Position numbers and translations under genes: made by a program
Assembly: GCA_000708835.1 (NCBI GenBank)
Contig: DF237281.1
Span: forward strand, 37,235 to 101,234
Length of the DNA stretch: 64,000 nt
Direction of reading: 5' to 3'
From: Klebsormidium nitens
Taxonomy: Eukaryota; Plantae; Klebsormidiophyceae
Notes under the pieces: model-generated
What the model saw: the letters and a program-made list of their open reading frames with translations, nothing else
What the model was told of the DNA's origin: nothing
The model's database searches: none
Shown: positions 1 through 12,856 of the stretch, piece after piece
How the letters are laid out: the number at the start of each line of letters is the position of its first letter
Position numbering within the stretch: the first letter of the stretch is position 1

Positions 1-143
1 TCCACCTTTCAGCAGTATTCGATCATTTTCAAGCCACAAACAAGGCTATTTCAGCCATTTTCGTACGCCTGCCCCAGATAAAGCTCGTTTGCCAAGTACG
101 ACAGGGTCAATCATAGCGACGTTCGATCGTTCTTCCTCTGCAG

Positions 144-3100
144 GAGGACACCGTGTCCGTCCCTGAAGCCACGTGGCAATTCCGCAGGGGCTGGCAGACC
201 AAGCCGATGAATCAGCACAGGAAGCCCAAACCCAAAATTGAGCGCGCCCCGAAAGTGAAAAAGGAAAAAGCTGCGCCAAAAGCAAAGCAGCTGCCTATCA
301 CGAAAGGTGCGGTCGTTGACAAGACAAAGGGGGAAAACGCAGCGCTTGCGAGTGAGGAAAGTGAGGGTGCAAATCTGACAGTGGAGAAGACGGCTGGCGA
401 GGCTGATGCTCGGAATCAGGGGGCCGGAGAAGGATCTGGCGGAGCACCTTCAACGACGGGTGTGGTGAAGGGAGACGAACTCCAGCAGGCAAACATGGAG
501 ACGGAGGTTGTGGGAAAAGGAGAGGAGCCACGGATTGCAGGGACGACGGCTGACGAGCCTGAGTCTCTCCTCAAGGGCGGGGCCACGCCGCCGAGAAATG
601 TCCTAGGATTGGAGGCGATGGGGGAGCTGCATCGAGACGGCGATGGGAGTAGCGCGAGGGAAGAGGTAGGAAGGAGAGAGGGCCTGATACTGGACGAAGC
701 GCATGCATCGGACGGTCCCATCGATGCGTTGGAGGGGCAGAAAACGGAGAAGCTGAGGTCGCAGGGAGGGACAGGGGCGCCGGGGTCGGGCGATCGTGAG
801 ACGGAGGATCTGCTTTTCGGGGAGAAGTTTCTGGACGGGGTCAGGTTGACGGACATGTTGATGGGGGCGGAGACAGGCAAAACGGGGGGGCTGGGGGAAC
901 TAGAAGGGGGTGCAAAGGGTCGCGAGGCCGATGGGCCTGGGGAGTCGATGGAAAAGCCGTCAGCCAGCGCAAAGGAGGAGGCGAATGCGCTGAAGAAGGC
1001 GGGAAAAGCAAGGCGCGCAGAGCAAAGTGGGAACGAGCGCGCCGCCGGACTGGTGGAGTCGAATGATGAGCCTGACAAGACTCGCGGGAGGAGGGGCAGG
1101 AAGCGCACGAGGGAAATGGAATCCACAGGCGATGCCAGTCCCCGGGCGACGAGACGAAGGTCGACAAGGCAGAAGGTGGAAGGGGTGAAAGAGCGGAGCC
1201 AAGGGGAGAACAGCGGTGATGAGTCACGGGGGGTGGACGCTACAGTGGTCGCCGCAGTTGACAAGAGGGGGGGAAGAAAGAAGCAGGGAGGGCGTCCCAC
1301 TGAGCAAGAAGGAGCGGCGGACTCAGAAAGGGCTCAGGGGTCTGCGGTTTGGGGTAAACCCGAGGGGGCGCCAACTGTGGAACGAGAGCCGGTGTTAGGA
1401 GAGGCTGGCAGTTCGGAGAAAGGTGGCAGGTCGGAGAAAGGGGGGGTAACCAAAGAAGCGGATCGGGGAGGGGATAAGGATGCTGTGGAAGCAGGGGGCG
1501 GCGGAGCGCCCCTTCGAGAACCGCTGGATGCAGGGACCGCAGAAGATCGGGGAAGAAGCGGTACGAGCGCAGACACGGCACTTGAAACCCTTTCGAAAAC
1601 GGGTCAGGACGCCGGTGGTCCGGGGGGATCCCCCGACCAGCTGCCCGACGTGGCGAACACCTCATCTGAGCCTTCTCCCCCTACCTGGCAACTGGGATCA
1701 GTATCGGGCCCCGTTTTATCAACGGACGCGGTGGGAGTTGGCACCCGAGTGGAGGTTTTGCAAACCGAGGAAGGGTTAGCGGGGGCGTGGTTTGCGGGGA
1801 TGGTGGTGAGCCTGGGCGCACGCAAGAAAGCGCAAGTCGAGTACGATGAGCTGCTGGAGAATGAGGAGACCGGGGAGAAGCTCCGGGAATGGATTCCGCT
1901 GCAGCCGGTAGCTACGGTCGGAGTCGGGGGGCTGGCAGCGAAGGTAAGGCTAAATATGACGGGGCTGGACTCGGGCCCAAGTTTTGAACGGGTTTTGCTT
2001 GTCTGGCAGCTCGTTGGAGTCCGTGCGATTCTGGCTCCGAGGAAGTGCACCGCAAATGTAGGGAGGCTGGCAGGGTGTGGTGCTATTTGGATGATTGAGG
2101 AAAACGTGGGGTCTGAAGTATTGAAGGTCTATCTTGGCGGTGGGGCAGGCTGGCAAGGGCAGTTTTCAGTTGCGAGTACATGGATTGTTATGGTTGTGGT
2201 CAATCTTGTTGACTTGGACGGCTGCGTCAGTGAATGCTCGTGGGATGTGTGGTCCATAGCTTTTGCACGTCTTCAGATGACTTACTCAAGATTGCAAGTA
2301 TTGCACTCTGGTCTCACCGAGCACTAGCCTGCGATACACTGAATAGGTGCTGAAAGCAAAGGGCAAATGGAGACGTGTTCAGGTGGCTGTTAAAGAGTCG
2401 AACTTTAAGACAAGGACTCCTGTTTCGGCATCTGATATGATGGGATTCTTGCAGGCTGCTGGGAAGCGGAAGGGAGGCAAGCGGGTGAAGGTCACCCAAC
2501 GCCGAAAGAAGAAGGACGACACCGCAGAGACAGCCCCAGCGGAGCAGACTGGCACATCTAAATCGCAAACTCGACCGAGGATCCGGCCAGAGACCTCACG
2601 GGTTGATAAGGCCGGTCAGGCTTACGCCGCAGGCGATTACGTGGAGGTCTTTATCGATGACGCGTGGTGGGAGGGGTTAGTGGTTGGTTGCAAGCCCGGG
2701 GGGCCGGCGAGCGTGTATTTTCCGGGTGACGGAAACGTGCAGATTTTCGAGCTGGGGAGGCTGCGGTTAGCGTGGGGGTTTAGGGGTTTGGGGCGCGGCT
2801 GGGCGCCCCTCGCGTCGACGGTTTCGGAGGAGGCCACCAAACCCGCGGCCCGAAGGAGGGTTACGAAGAAGGTTAAGGAGGAACTTCTGGAGGACGCCCC
2901 CGCAGAGCCCAGGAAGAAAGGGGTTAAGGTCGGCGGAAAGAAGGTTAGGCAGCGGAAGAAAGCTGCCGCCGCCGAGCCGCTCACGACCGGGGGACTGAAG
3001 CTTCCGAAAGTGGAGAACGAAGAGGAGTACGGGTTTGCGGCGTTGGGGCGGGAGGAGAAGGCAGCGCTGGTGCGCGAACACGAGAGACTGGCCGGAGTAC

Positions 3101-3848
3101 TGTGCGAGAGGTTTAGGGTTTTGCGAGAGGGGGCGCCGGCGGAGGCGCTGCCGGAGTATCAGGAGGGGGAGCACCTCAAGGGCAGGGACAAGGAGATCTT
3201 GGAGCAGGTGGGCACGCCACGTATCGCTGACAGGAGAACGGAGGGGTCTGCTTGTTTTGAATGAACGTTGCATGATTGCCTGCTGTCCCCTTCTGTGTTT
3301 ACGGTGGTTCGTTCTTTACTTCAACCGGTATTTTCAAAAGTGGGGCTTTTCGATTCTCAGACAATTGAACTTCCTTGAAGAAATTGTAGTGACCGATCAG
3401 AAAGACGAACTCTACTACGCTTGCGTCGGCCGTGTTACATCATTACATATGATACGACCTTCCATCGGCCTTACTCCTGGATGATTCGATATGAAGCCGT
3501 TAGACAAACCCTCAAATCAACCTACAGGCAAAGTCGCTTCCAGTCTACGACCCGTCTTTACTTTCTGATAGGACTTGTTTTGCTGTGCTGTAAACGAAGT
3601 TTCGTCCTCTTTCCCAGGCGCTCGCTGAGATGGTGGCGCAGGAGGGCGACCAGCTTAACGCCGCCAGGCTGACCGTGAAGGAGCTGGTGAAGCTTGGTCG
3701 CCAGCACATCCGCCGTAAAGTGGTCATCACCAGGAAGCCGAAGCCTGAGGTGAAGCAAGAACCGATGGTTAACGAAGGGACCGCGCTAGGACCAAGAAAG
3801 AGGAAGCGGATCAACTATGCAACGCTTGGGGGCGACGACGATCTGTGA
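144..3848 (+). CDS. Agenet/Tudor-domain chromatin-reader-like protein, 5'-partial; exons ~144-1943, 2455-3207, 3618-3848
   Basis: Two Agenet-like repeats: GTRVEVLQTEEGLAGAWFAGMVV..VEYDEL..EKLREW and RIRP..YAAGDYVEVFIDDAWWEGLVV..VYFPGDG. AG/GT boundaries (ctgcag|144, 1943|gtaagg, ttgcag|2455, 3207|gtgggc, cccag|3618) join three provided ORFs in frame. Long low-complexity E/G/K-rich N-terminal region. Confidence 0.8.
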
Positions 3849-4445
3849 GCAGAGCTATGTTCGTTAACTTTTCTTGCTGCTGCAATCCAGCTTGCTCAAG
3901 TGGGAAGGTTTGCGAGTCTCCGCGTTTTCAACGGATGCCTGCGATCAGGAGAGAGGTTGACTTTTCTTGAAATCACTACGTGTAGTGTACACAACAGACT
4001 GACTTTTCAGGGAGTAAGGTGTGAAATGCTCAGTCAAGAGTAGTCTAAAGAACCAAGAGATGCTCGTATCAAGATTCGATCAGCTCCTGCTGATTATGCG
4101 CGTTTGTTCAGGGTTTTCTGTTGCGCTGATATTAGCGCTCTATTTATACCCTTAGCTCGTTTTGATCGAGCAAGTTTACTTCGATCGCGTCAAAACAATC
4201 CCAACAAGTGCGAGTAAAACATGGAAAGCTTGGCTCTCAAGAACGATGGCCGGCTGATGTGCAGCATTTTACTGATGAGGAATGGCCATTCTGACGGCCT
4301 GAATGGGGTTCCCTCGAAGCAAGAAAATCTGCGTGAGCATAATCCACACGACCGTGAACCAGATAATTGACGTATGCACCTGAAAAATCTCATTTAGTGA
4401 AAGTTTTCCTAACAGAGCTTGACTCATACCTTATGTCTGATGCAG

Positions 4446-7400
4446 GGAAGACGAGCCGAAGGCGGAGTCCTCAAGGAAAGGGAAACGAAAGAAGCTAGCG
4501 CCAGTTGACGAGGACGAGGAGTTCCAAGCACGGTCCAAGCCCGAATCGGACAGCGACTCTGACATCATCCTTGCGACAAAGACAGCGCAGAAGAAGGGGG
4601 GCAAGCGAAGGTCAGAGGCTGCTATCGCGAGGAACCGCGAGCAATCGAGGCAAAGGTACCAGAAGAAGCGCGAGGGAAGTAAAGGGGAATCGAAGCGTCT
4701 CGCCAAAGCCAAGACCGAGCACGCCCCTGGAAGCGAAGTAATCCCGGCAGCAACATTCGCCGCACGGAGCGACCTCTTGGCGGCACTGACAGTGGCATGG
4801 TCGCCCAAGTGTCATGGCGGGAGAACGCCAGGTGGCGCGTTTACAGTCCTTGCCGTTGGGTCTATGTCGGGACACGTGGCGCTCTGGAAAGTGGCCCAGC
4901 CGCTGGAGTATGGCGCGAGCAACGCGGCTGCGCCAAGTGTCGCATCTCTGGGCACTTTGCTGCCGCACGACTCGTGGGTCTCAGCGCTTGGGTGGGCGTA
5001 CCGGCAAGGCCCTGTTGGGATGGGCGAAGGCGCTCTGGAAAGTGAGGAAAGTGAGCAGGGGTTGGATTCACAGGGCCTTCTGATACTTGGCACCGGCAGC
5101 TCGGATGGCAGCGTGCGGCTGTGGTCCGTAGCGATGTACGAGTCAGCCAGCGGGGGCGCGCCACCTGTCATCCAGCCGGCAGGCCAGGTGTGCGCGCCCA
5201 GCGGGGAGGTCGTCAGCAGCCTCAGCCTGCGCGTCGATGCTGACGTCATCAGAGTGGCGGCCGCGCGGGGGGCAGGGGAGCTTCTGATCTGGCAGGGCCC
5301 TGTCCCGACCAGGGGTAGCGTTTCCCAGGGTGGCCTGACGCCGAAAGTGACGTCAGCAAGGCCTTCTGGGCAGCCCCTGATGGGGCTCGGCTGGGCTGCA
5401 GGCGGGGAGGAGGTATGCACATGCAGCCAGGAGGGCGGCCTGCAGCGGTGGCAGCTCGACGGTGTGAATTCCCTCCTCCCGGTCACTCTGGAGCTGGCGG
5501 CCGGCGACCGGCAGTTCGGATTGTCGGTTCCCACCCCCGGACTCATGCGTGGTTACACCGGCCTGGCTCTGTCTCCGAACGGGCTAGCAATTGCCGGCGT
5601 GCGAACGCTTGCGCTCGGGGCGCTTGACACCATGTATCAAACCAAGGCCATGCGGGGAGCCTTGCAGCTGTCGTTATGTGGACGGGGTGGTATCAAACCC
5701 GGGCTCGGGAAGCGGCCTCGGGGGAAGCTGAGCGCGACCGCGGAGGCGGCGATCCAGGCGCTTGCGGCTGGCCGGGAAAAGCCCCTGGAGAAAAGAGACT
5801 GGCTCGACGAGTTTCTGACACCTGCTGACAGTACGGACCAGCCTGGGGAGTCCAGCAAAGCGAAGGGGAAAGAAGGCGAAGAAGACGAAGCGCTTGGGAG
5901 GGGGAAAGCGGTCGGGGAAGACTCCCAGGCGGAGGATGAACGGAGGCGGAGCGCTGCGGAGAAGCTGACGAGCGAGGTGGTTCGGTCGGTGGAAAGGATC
6001 CTGAGGTCGGGGGGGCCGGTGGTGCTGTGGGACGTTATGGCTGCTTTGAAAGAGGTTGGCGTCGATGCGCTGCGGCAAGTGCTAGCCGTTGTGAGAAAAG
6101 CAGCCCGGGGGAAAGAACCGGGGCGCGGAACGAGCTCGAGCGGAGGGCTGCAAAGTGCTCGGGAGGCGGGGACCGGTTTGAGGAAGGACGCGGGGAGTGC
6201 TCGGCAGAGGGAGACGGAGAATGGAGCAGTTGAGACCCGGGAACCGGAACCGGAGCTTCAGAAAAAGGACCTGCGGCACGGTGAAAACCTAGCTGGTGCA
6301 GAGGATGGACTGTCACAGAATCAAGAAGGGGAAGCTGCCATACGGTTGCAGGATGAGAATGCGGCGTCGGTTGTGGGGAACGGTGTCGAGGGGTTCAGTC
6401 TAGAAGCCGAAGGGACGGCGAGACGGGCCTTGCAGGTGTTAAACGTGCTCCTGCTGAAGCTGGGTGCTACCCTTGATTCGAAGCACGGCGACGAAGACAG
6501 GGCCCTCCGACCGGAGCCTTCGGGCGGAGCCGGTACCGCAAACCATGTTGAACCGAGCACTACCCGAGGCGACACTCAAAGCGTGGGTTTGCTTCATCAG
6601 GAACTTAACCGCCAACTGGCAGCAAATCACCCGGGAGGAAATGCCTGGCAGGCAGAGCTACGGCAAACGGAAACGGAATTGCGAATGCGGCTTGCGGAGT
6701 CGCTGCTGGCGCGCTTGAAAGAGAGCTCGGGCCCTGTAACGGGGACGACGGTCACTTCGGCGTTCCTGTGGGCGGACTGGGCGCGGGCCAAGGGGGCACC
6801 AGCGGGGCCCCGGCTGCAGAAGCTGGCCGATGACTTTTACATCGTATGCGGAATTAGGTGAGTTGAGAGGGGGATTCATTGTTTTGCTGACGAGTCTCGG
6901 GTCTCCTTTATGGTGAGTCTCTTCGCTTGGTTAAGTGTACAAGGTGCGGCGTTGATTGCGAAAGGGTAGGTCTACTCTAATGATAAGTGACGGCTTAAAG
7001 CTTTCTGTATTCCAAGATGGTAAGTGCGCCCTGCTTTTGGGAGTGCACACAGACCGTTTTGGGGCGGTGCTATTGCGACCTTCTACAGCACGGCACGTGT
7101 TCAGAGCTCTGATTGCATTTTGCACTTCGATGGACAGGCTCCCCTCTCTCGAAGAAGCCTCCGTTGCCCGGGAGGTCTGTCCCTTCTGCTCGTCCCCGGT
7201 CCTTCTCGACTCCCCCGACACCGCGCGCTGCTCCCAGGCTGGTGTACCGGGCACAAGCACCAGACCTGGTGTCAAGGGCCATAAGTTTAAGCGCTGCATG
7301 GTCACGATGCTCATCCAATCCTCGCTTGCCAGCTGGCAGTGCTCTTGCTGCCGCAGGATCCGCACGGACGCCCCGTTCGATTCTGGGCGGCAGCCCTTGT

Positions 7401-7471
7401 GCGGCTTTTGCGGGGTGCTAATGCACCGACCCCTGCCAGAGCCGTTCCTCCGGCCGGCCCTCTGCGGATGA
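4446..7471 (+). CDS. GTF3C4: TFIIIC subunit delta (TFIIIC90/GTF3C4-like): WD40 repeats plus C-terminal zinc finger; exons ~4446-6857 and 7138-7471, 5' end unresolved
   Basis: WD motifs ALTVAWSP, VLAVGSMSGHVALWKV, PHDSWVSALGWA and LGTGSSDGSVRLWSV resemble plant TFIIIC-delta as I recall it. C-terminal EVCPFC..C..GHKFKRCMVT..WQCSCCRR..LCGFCG matches the zf-TFIIIC pattern. Phase-2 intron 6858-7137 joins the two ORFs. Confidence 0.75.
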
Positions 7472-8792
7472 ATCTTTCCAAAGGAAAACCTCTTGCCTGT
7501 TGGTAAAGTTCAGGCGCTGGGCGTTGAGTTGTAGATGCAGCAGCCTGCTAGGACAGTCCACAAGTTGTTATCTTTTGCGGTTCAGTCAAAACGAACCCCG
7601 TACGAAATTCCTGAACGACTCGAAGGTGTCCATAGAAGGCATTGATGTCGCATCCTTTGCATCCCGCAAACTCGAAGCAACAGAAGGATTTTACATGTGT
7701 GCCTACATGCATGCCAGCTTCACGTATGACTTGGGATGTGTACTTCCACGGTATGAGCCAGGCATCTAAGGTTTCAGAGCACGTAGGTTCCCCGACCATG
7801 TGAAATTGCAAGTGAACCGATTATTGAACTCAAGTCATGCAGCGCCTAATCAGGAACGTAGTTAGTGCGCGCCGTATGAGTGTTACATAAGGGCCATGTC
7901 ATGATCATTCATTTTGGGCGCGAGACTCATGTTACATCCGAATGCAGACACAATATTTACTTTCGAGTTTGCAACCCATACGTATTGATTGGTGATGCAT
8001 ATATATACGATCGAGCATGCACGACCGCTGCATATGATCGAGTATGTACAAGAGCTGTTGCACTAGCTCAGTGGGCGGCAGGAACATAAGCTTGATCTGA
8101 GTACATCGAATCGAATGCAACCGTCCAGGTTACCGACGCGGACTCGTGGTCGATTGAGCTCGGATGATGGGCCACGCTGACATAGATGTCGTACGCGTAC
8201 TGGGGTCGGTGTCATTAAGATGCCATGTTATAGCAAGTTCTAAAAGCGACTCATGTAAGTGGCTTTTATCATGTTGAGTCTACGTTTCAAACGCTGATCT
8301 CAAGCCGATGCACCACCAAAATGTGCGCGGAAAGAATAGTTACTGAAGTGCGTGGCAATTCCCCTAATTCAATCTTTGTGTATGTACACTTGGCTACTTC
8401 TAGACGGTCAAAATAATGTCAAATTGCGGCTCCAAACCAGGCAAAAGCACTTCGTATTTGCCGAGCAGGAACAGGTGGGCTCTATGCTTCATAGCATGGG
8501 CGTAGAAACTGCGTTGGTCGATGGTAGTCAGTATACAGGGTGGGCAAGGAACTGGCCACCTACTGAGTGGGTTACACCTCTTGCCACTATTAGAATCCTA
8601 ATCAAGGCCTTCGCAAGACCAGAAAGTCTAGCTTGCTCAGACTCTATTGTACAGCCAATGCGTTTTTCGAAGGCTTCGGTGCAAATCAGATAGAATCACA
8701 GAAACCGCAACTAATCCCTTGGAAGTTCCATCCCTTGGAAGTTCCATCTATTAGTCACGCAAAAAGCTTTATGAAGGCCTGTACACGTTGGA

Positions 8793-10193
8793 CTACCTGG
8801 AGAACGCTTTGCTCCGAACGGCAAACCTCCGCGGGTCGAACGGCCGCAGGTCCACCAGACTGGACTTCCCGTCGACCATCAGCTCGGCCAGCGCCGCTCC
8901 GGTTGCCGGCGCGTTCAGGATGCCCCAACAGCTGTGCCCCGTCGCCACATACAAGCCCTCGACGCCCGGAACCTGCCCGATCAACGGAACGCCGTCCTCT
9001 GACATGGGCAGAAAGCAAGCCTGCTCTGCCGTCACTTCCGCGTCCGCCAGCTCGCTGCTCACCGTCGCTGCGACCGTTTTCAGGATGTCGGGCGCCCCTT
9101 TCCTGGGCAAGACCTGCTCCGGGTCGTCTGGGATGCTCAGCCCCTCCTCCGAAACGCCGCATACGTACACCTCCCCCGTCGGCCGGGGGTACACTTCGGG
9201 CTCCAGTGACTGACCGCTTCTCGTCCGGTAGTTCAGGAAGAGACACGTGGCGGAGATCTTCTCGGGGTGCGGGGGCTTCAGCACGATGCTGTGCGCTTTC
9301 AGGCCCGTGATCGGACTCAGCTCCGAAATGACGCTCATTCTGCCGGACCACGGCCCCATCGCAATTACAGCCGCGTCCGTCTCCACCAGTTCACCGTCCA
9401 CAAGCACGTGCGACACCTTCCTCCCCCCGCTCGGCGCTTCCGACAGCTCAATCGCCTCGACCGCCCCAATTCGCAGCTTTGCTCCATACCGAGTTCTTGC
9501 TGCGTCAACCAGCGCCTGTGTGAAAAGCTTTGGATGCACTTGGCCAGTCGTGGGCTTTCCCCCTATCGCCGCAGCGCCTTTTACCGGCCCGTCGACCCAC
9601 GCAGGCAGCCCCGGCGCTCCCTTCGTTGCCCGCTTGATCGCCGCAGACTCTTGCACCGTCAGGCTGAGAGTGTCCACTCTTCGGTAGCCATAGTCTTGCC
9701 CTAGTTCCTGTGCTAATTGCTCGTGCAGCTTGAAGCTCGCCCGTGCCAACGGGCCGACGGGGCTCGAGTCGCACCAGTCCAGCGCCAGAAACCCGCCAGC
9801 TTTTCCGGACGAAGCACACGCGACCCCGCTCTTCTCCACAACGGTCACGTCAATTCCCTTCTTGCTGAGAAAGTAGGCGGTCGCCGCGCCGATTGCACCC
9901 GCGCCGCAGACGACAGCTGTCTTCCCCCCTGCATGCAGGGTGCCAGGTGTCGCATCATTGCTGGGAGCGGCCGCCATTGAGCGAGCGCCGAGGCTTTTAT
10001 GGGAGCGAAGGTGACGCTGCTGCCAGAGCACAATTTGCCAGCGAATCTGCAATGCTGAGCTTGATAAGTGGCAGGCTGGTGTCCTGGTGCCTGGAAAGAA
10101 TGGTAGACGAACGGCAGGTGGGCGCAATGCAGCTGAGCTGCTCATGTTGGCGCACCGTTGACCCGGCAACTTCAACTTCAAGTTCAATTTCAA
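8793..10193 (-). CDS. FAD-dependent oxidoreductase, DAO/glycine-oxidase family (TDA3-like), intronless, with probable N-terminal targeting extension
   Basis: Rossmann motif VVCGAGAIGAATAYFLSKKGIDVTVVE, then ASSGKAGGFLA, and C-terminal ACFLPMSEDGVPLIG..LYVATGHSCWGILNAPATG. Confidence 0.9.
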   Translation of the reverse strand: MKLNLKLKLPGQRCANMSSSAALRPPAVRLPFFPGTRTPACHLSSSALQIRWQIVLWQQRHLRSHKSLGARSMAAAPSNDATPGTLHAGGKTAVVCGAGAIGAATAYFLSKKGIDVTVVEKSGVACASSGKAGGFLALDWCDSSPVGPLARASFKLHEQLAQELGQDYGYRRVDTLSLTVQESAAIKRATKGAPGLPAWVDGPVKGAAAIGGKPTTGQVHPKLFTQALVDAARTRYGAKLRIGAVEAIELSEAPSGGRKVSHVLVDGELVETDAAVIAMGPWSGRMSVISELSPITGLKAHSIVLKPPHPEKISATCLFLNYRTRSGQSLEPEVYPRPTGEVYVCGVSEEGLSIPDDPEQVLPRKGAPDILKTVAATVSSELADAEVTAEQACFLPMSEDGVPLIGQVPGVEGLYVATGHSCWGILNAPATGAALAELMVDGKSSLVDLRPFDPRRFAVRSKAFSR

Positions 10194-10572
10194 GTTGTTG
10201 GCAGCCAGATTGCGTTCGTCCCCAGTCCGATCGCCGACCAGGTTTGCTTGACCCCAGGTGTCTACTTAGCAGGCCCGAGCTGATACTTAGAGAGGGTTAA
10301 ACCGCCGTTGGTAACCAAATTGGGTCAGCGAGCAGAAAGATGCTTGAAAGCTGAGAAGGTTGACAGCTGAAAGTTGCAGGCTGCAGCTCAGAATCGCACA
10401 CAGACACAGCATCCGATCATGCAGGATCAGATTCAAGGGCGTCTTCGAACAGGAAAACGAGGGTTAGCTAGCCCGCCTCATCTCGCTCTGTCTGCGGCCT
10501 TTTAGTCTTTTAGAGACTGAAGTAGGCGCCTGCTTTCAACAAGAGCATTCGAATAGTGCCTAAACCAGTGCG

Positions 10573-11592
10573 ATGGCAGCCTGCAATGCAATGCCCCTTC
10601 AAGGAGACCGTTTTGCCTCCTTGCCGGACGAGCTCGTTGAGAACATTCTCTCAAGACTGAGCAGGGCAAAAACCAGGACTCGTCTCCTGGTTGTTTGCAA
10701 GAGGTTCAGAAGGCTGGCTGTCTCCTTGAATTGGGAGTTTGAGACTGACGGTGACGGCCAGAGGTTCATGGACTACATTCTTGTCAACGACATGGTCACT
10801 TGTAAACGATTGACGCTTCACATATCGGGCTCCATCACCAACTTGAAAGAAGTGCTTTTGATGGCAGTCATTTCTACAAAGGCAACTCTGGAGCACTTTG
10901 AGCTCGCAATCAAGCCCCCAGATGACAGTATGCCGGGACTAAGAGTGGCCTGCCCTATTCTTCGATCCTGTAAGAAACTGAGATTTCTAGATATCAGTGT
11001 TGACATGCGGATGACCCACGGGGAAGAAAACCTTCGGTGCTATCTCGGAGATATGGACGAGTTACCGAATCTAAAATCCTTGACTCTACTCAGCACCGTG
11101 GGCAGTGCAAGTTCTGTGTCGAACCTATCCAAGCGGTTTCCCGTCCTCGAGGAATTCGAAGTGATGGGATTTTGGCCAGAGGGGACCTACCATCTTCATT
11201 CAACCACCTTGAAGTATTTGACTTGGTGTGGTTTTGTCATGACGGACGAGACAGACGAGAAGCACACCTTTGTTCTAGAGTGTCCTGCCTTACGAGCCCT
11301 CACTTTCAACAGCTTTGAAGGCAGTCCCTCTGTGGACTTGCGCTTGGAAGGCCGGTTGGAGCACTTGTCGGAGTTGCATATAAACGTTGCCAGCTTGCCT
11401 ACGTTTATGGATGTAGCACCTAGATTAAAGGAACTAGACTTGCTATGCAAAGATAATTCCGTTGAAATCAATATTGGACAGATTCAACGTAATTTCAAGC
11501 AATTGAGAACATTAAGGTTCTACAAGGGGAAGAGGGATGACAAATCCAGATTTTCAGCGTCGTTAGTAGGCTTTTTGCAACAAGTAGACTGA
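10573..11592 (+). CDS. F-box protein with LRR-like (FBD/RNI-type) region
   Basis: N-terminal F-box FASLPDELVENILSRL..LLVVCKRFRRL followed by LRR-like segments (LRFLDISV, LPNLKSLTL, FPVLEEFEV, CPALRALTF, APRLKELDL). Confidence 0.75.
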   Translation: MAACNAMPLQGDRFASLPDELVENILSRLSRAKTRTRLLVVCKRFRRLAVSLNWEFETDGDGQRFMDYILVNDMVTCKRLTLHISGSITNLKEVLLMAVISTKATLEHFELAIKPPDDSMPGLRVACPILRSCKKLRFLDISVDMRMTHGEENLRCYLGDMDELPNLKSLTLLSTVGSASSVSNLSKRFPVLEEFEVMGFWPEGTYHLHSTTLKYLTWCGFVMTDETDEKHTFVLECPALRALTFNSFEGSPSVDLRLEGRLEHLSELHINVASLPTFMDVAPRLKELDLLCKDNSVEINIGQIQRNFKQLRTLRFYKGKRDDKSRFSASLVGFLQQVD

Positions 11593-12856
11593 TTTAAAGA
11601 CGTGCATTCTCAATGGCTCGGATCGACATGTCGGACCATTTATAGAGTGCCGATGCAGTAAAGGCACTAGTAACTTGCCCCCTTGGTTGTTCTCATGTCG
11701 CAGCTACTAATGGGCCATAGGCTCTTCAGTCATTGTCATGGCATGAAGTATGAGTGTGTATCCAAGAGGTATCAGTGATCGAGGACGTCTATTCCAATCT
11801 CATGCAAGTATGCTGAGTCAACTCGCCATCGAGTCTCAATTGAGGCGTTTTTCGCATACTAACGGTTGCAATGATGACATGAAGTTGCGCTTCTGTGCCC
11901 GAGCTAGCAATTGCAGAGTCTCATACAATCAGCTGCGCGATCATATGCAACAGAGATCCTCTAACACCATACGGTAATCATTGAAATGATAACAGTAAAC
12001 CTTTAGCTGGCAGGCCTGGCGCCAATTATATACAACAATTGAAAGCTTGCGCATGAATCATTGGGTTTTGCGTAATCCGACCGGCCTTCAACCATGGTCG
12101 GGAGCATGCGTACTTCGCAGAATTACGGGCACTGGCATGTTACCCTTCCACGTTTTTGCGCTCGCGGATGGGTAGAATCATCTTTACAGTATAACATATA
12201 ATGACGGGCGTCTTGTTAAGTTGAAGCGTATAGATTACCGCGTCGATCTACAGTAGCTACAATGTCGTAGCTAGTCGGAGCTCTAGTGCCCATACCCTAC
12301 TTTGAATCGAGCTGGAATTGGCAATTGATGCATGCTAGGCGCCGGTCAGTGCATTGTCGAGGGTCTTCGGGGTGTGCGAGACCGATGTGGACTTTGGATA
12401 TATTGGAAACGTTTATGTGCTCAGCATCACAATAGCTTGCAATGAAATCATAACGCAGTACTGACGGTGATCAAGCCAGTCGATGTTACTTACAAAGACA
12501 AATATGCAAGATGACTTCAAATTATGTTGTCGAACTCGGTTGAACGCTGAGCTCCTCCTACGCTTGCTTCTAAGCTCTAATCAGACAATTGACATCTACA
12601 AGCACCCCAGAAAAGACATTGTCCGGTCAGTTTGCGTCAGTCGGGAAATGATTAGAGTAGCGCCCAGATTATCAGGCGCCATTTAGGAGCCGACTTCCTC
12701 AACTAATGGGAAATGATCGAACGATGCTGTCAGACCCACTCCGTCACGCAAAACGGTCTTGTTTGGGGAATCAGCAAGTTCGGAGAGGCGTGTGGACGTT
12801 CCGTTTGCAATTGGAATCCGGTTGCGGAATTGATTTTGCCCGGAACGGGGCTCTGG

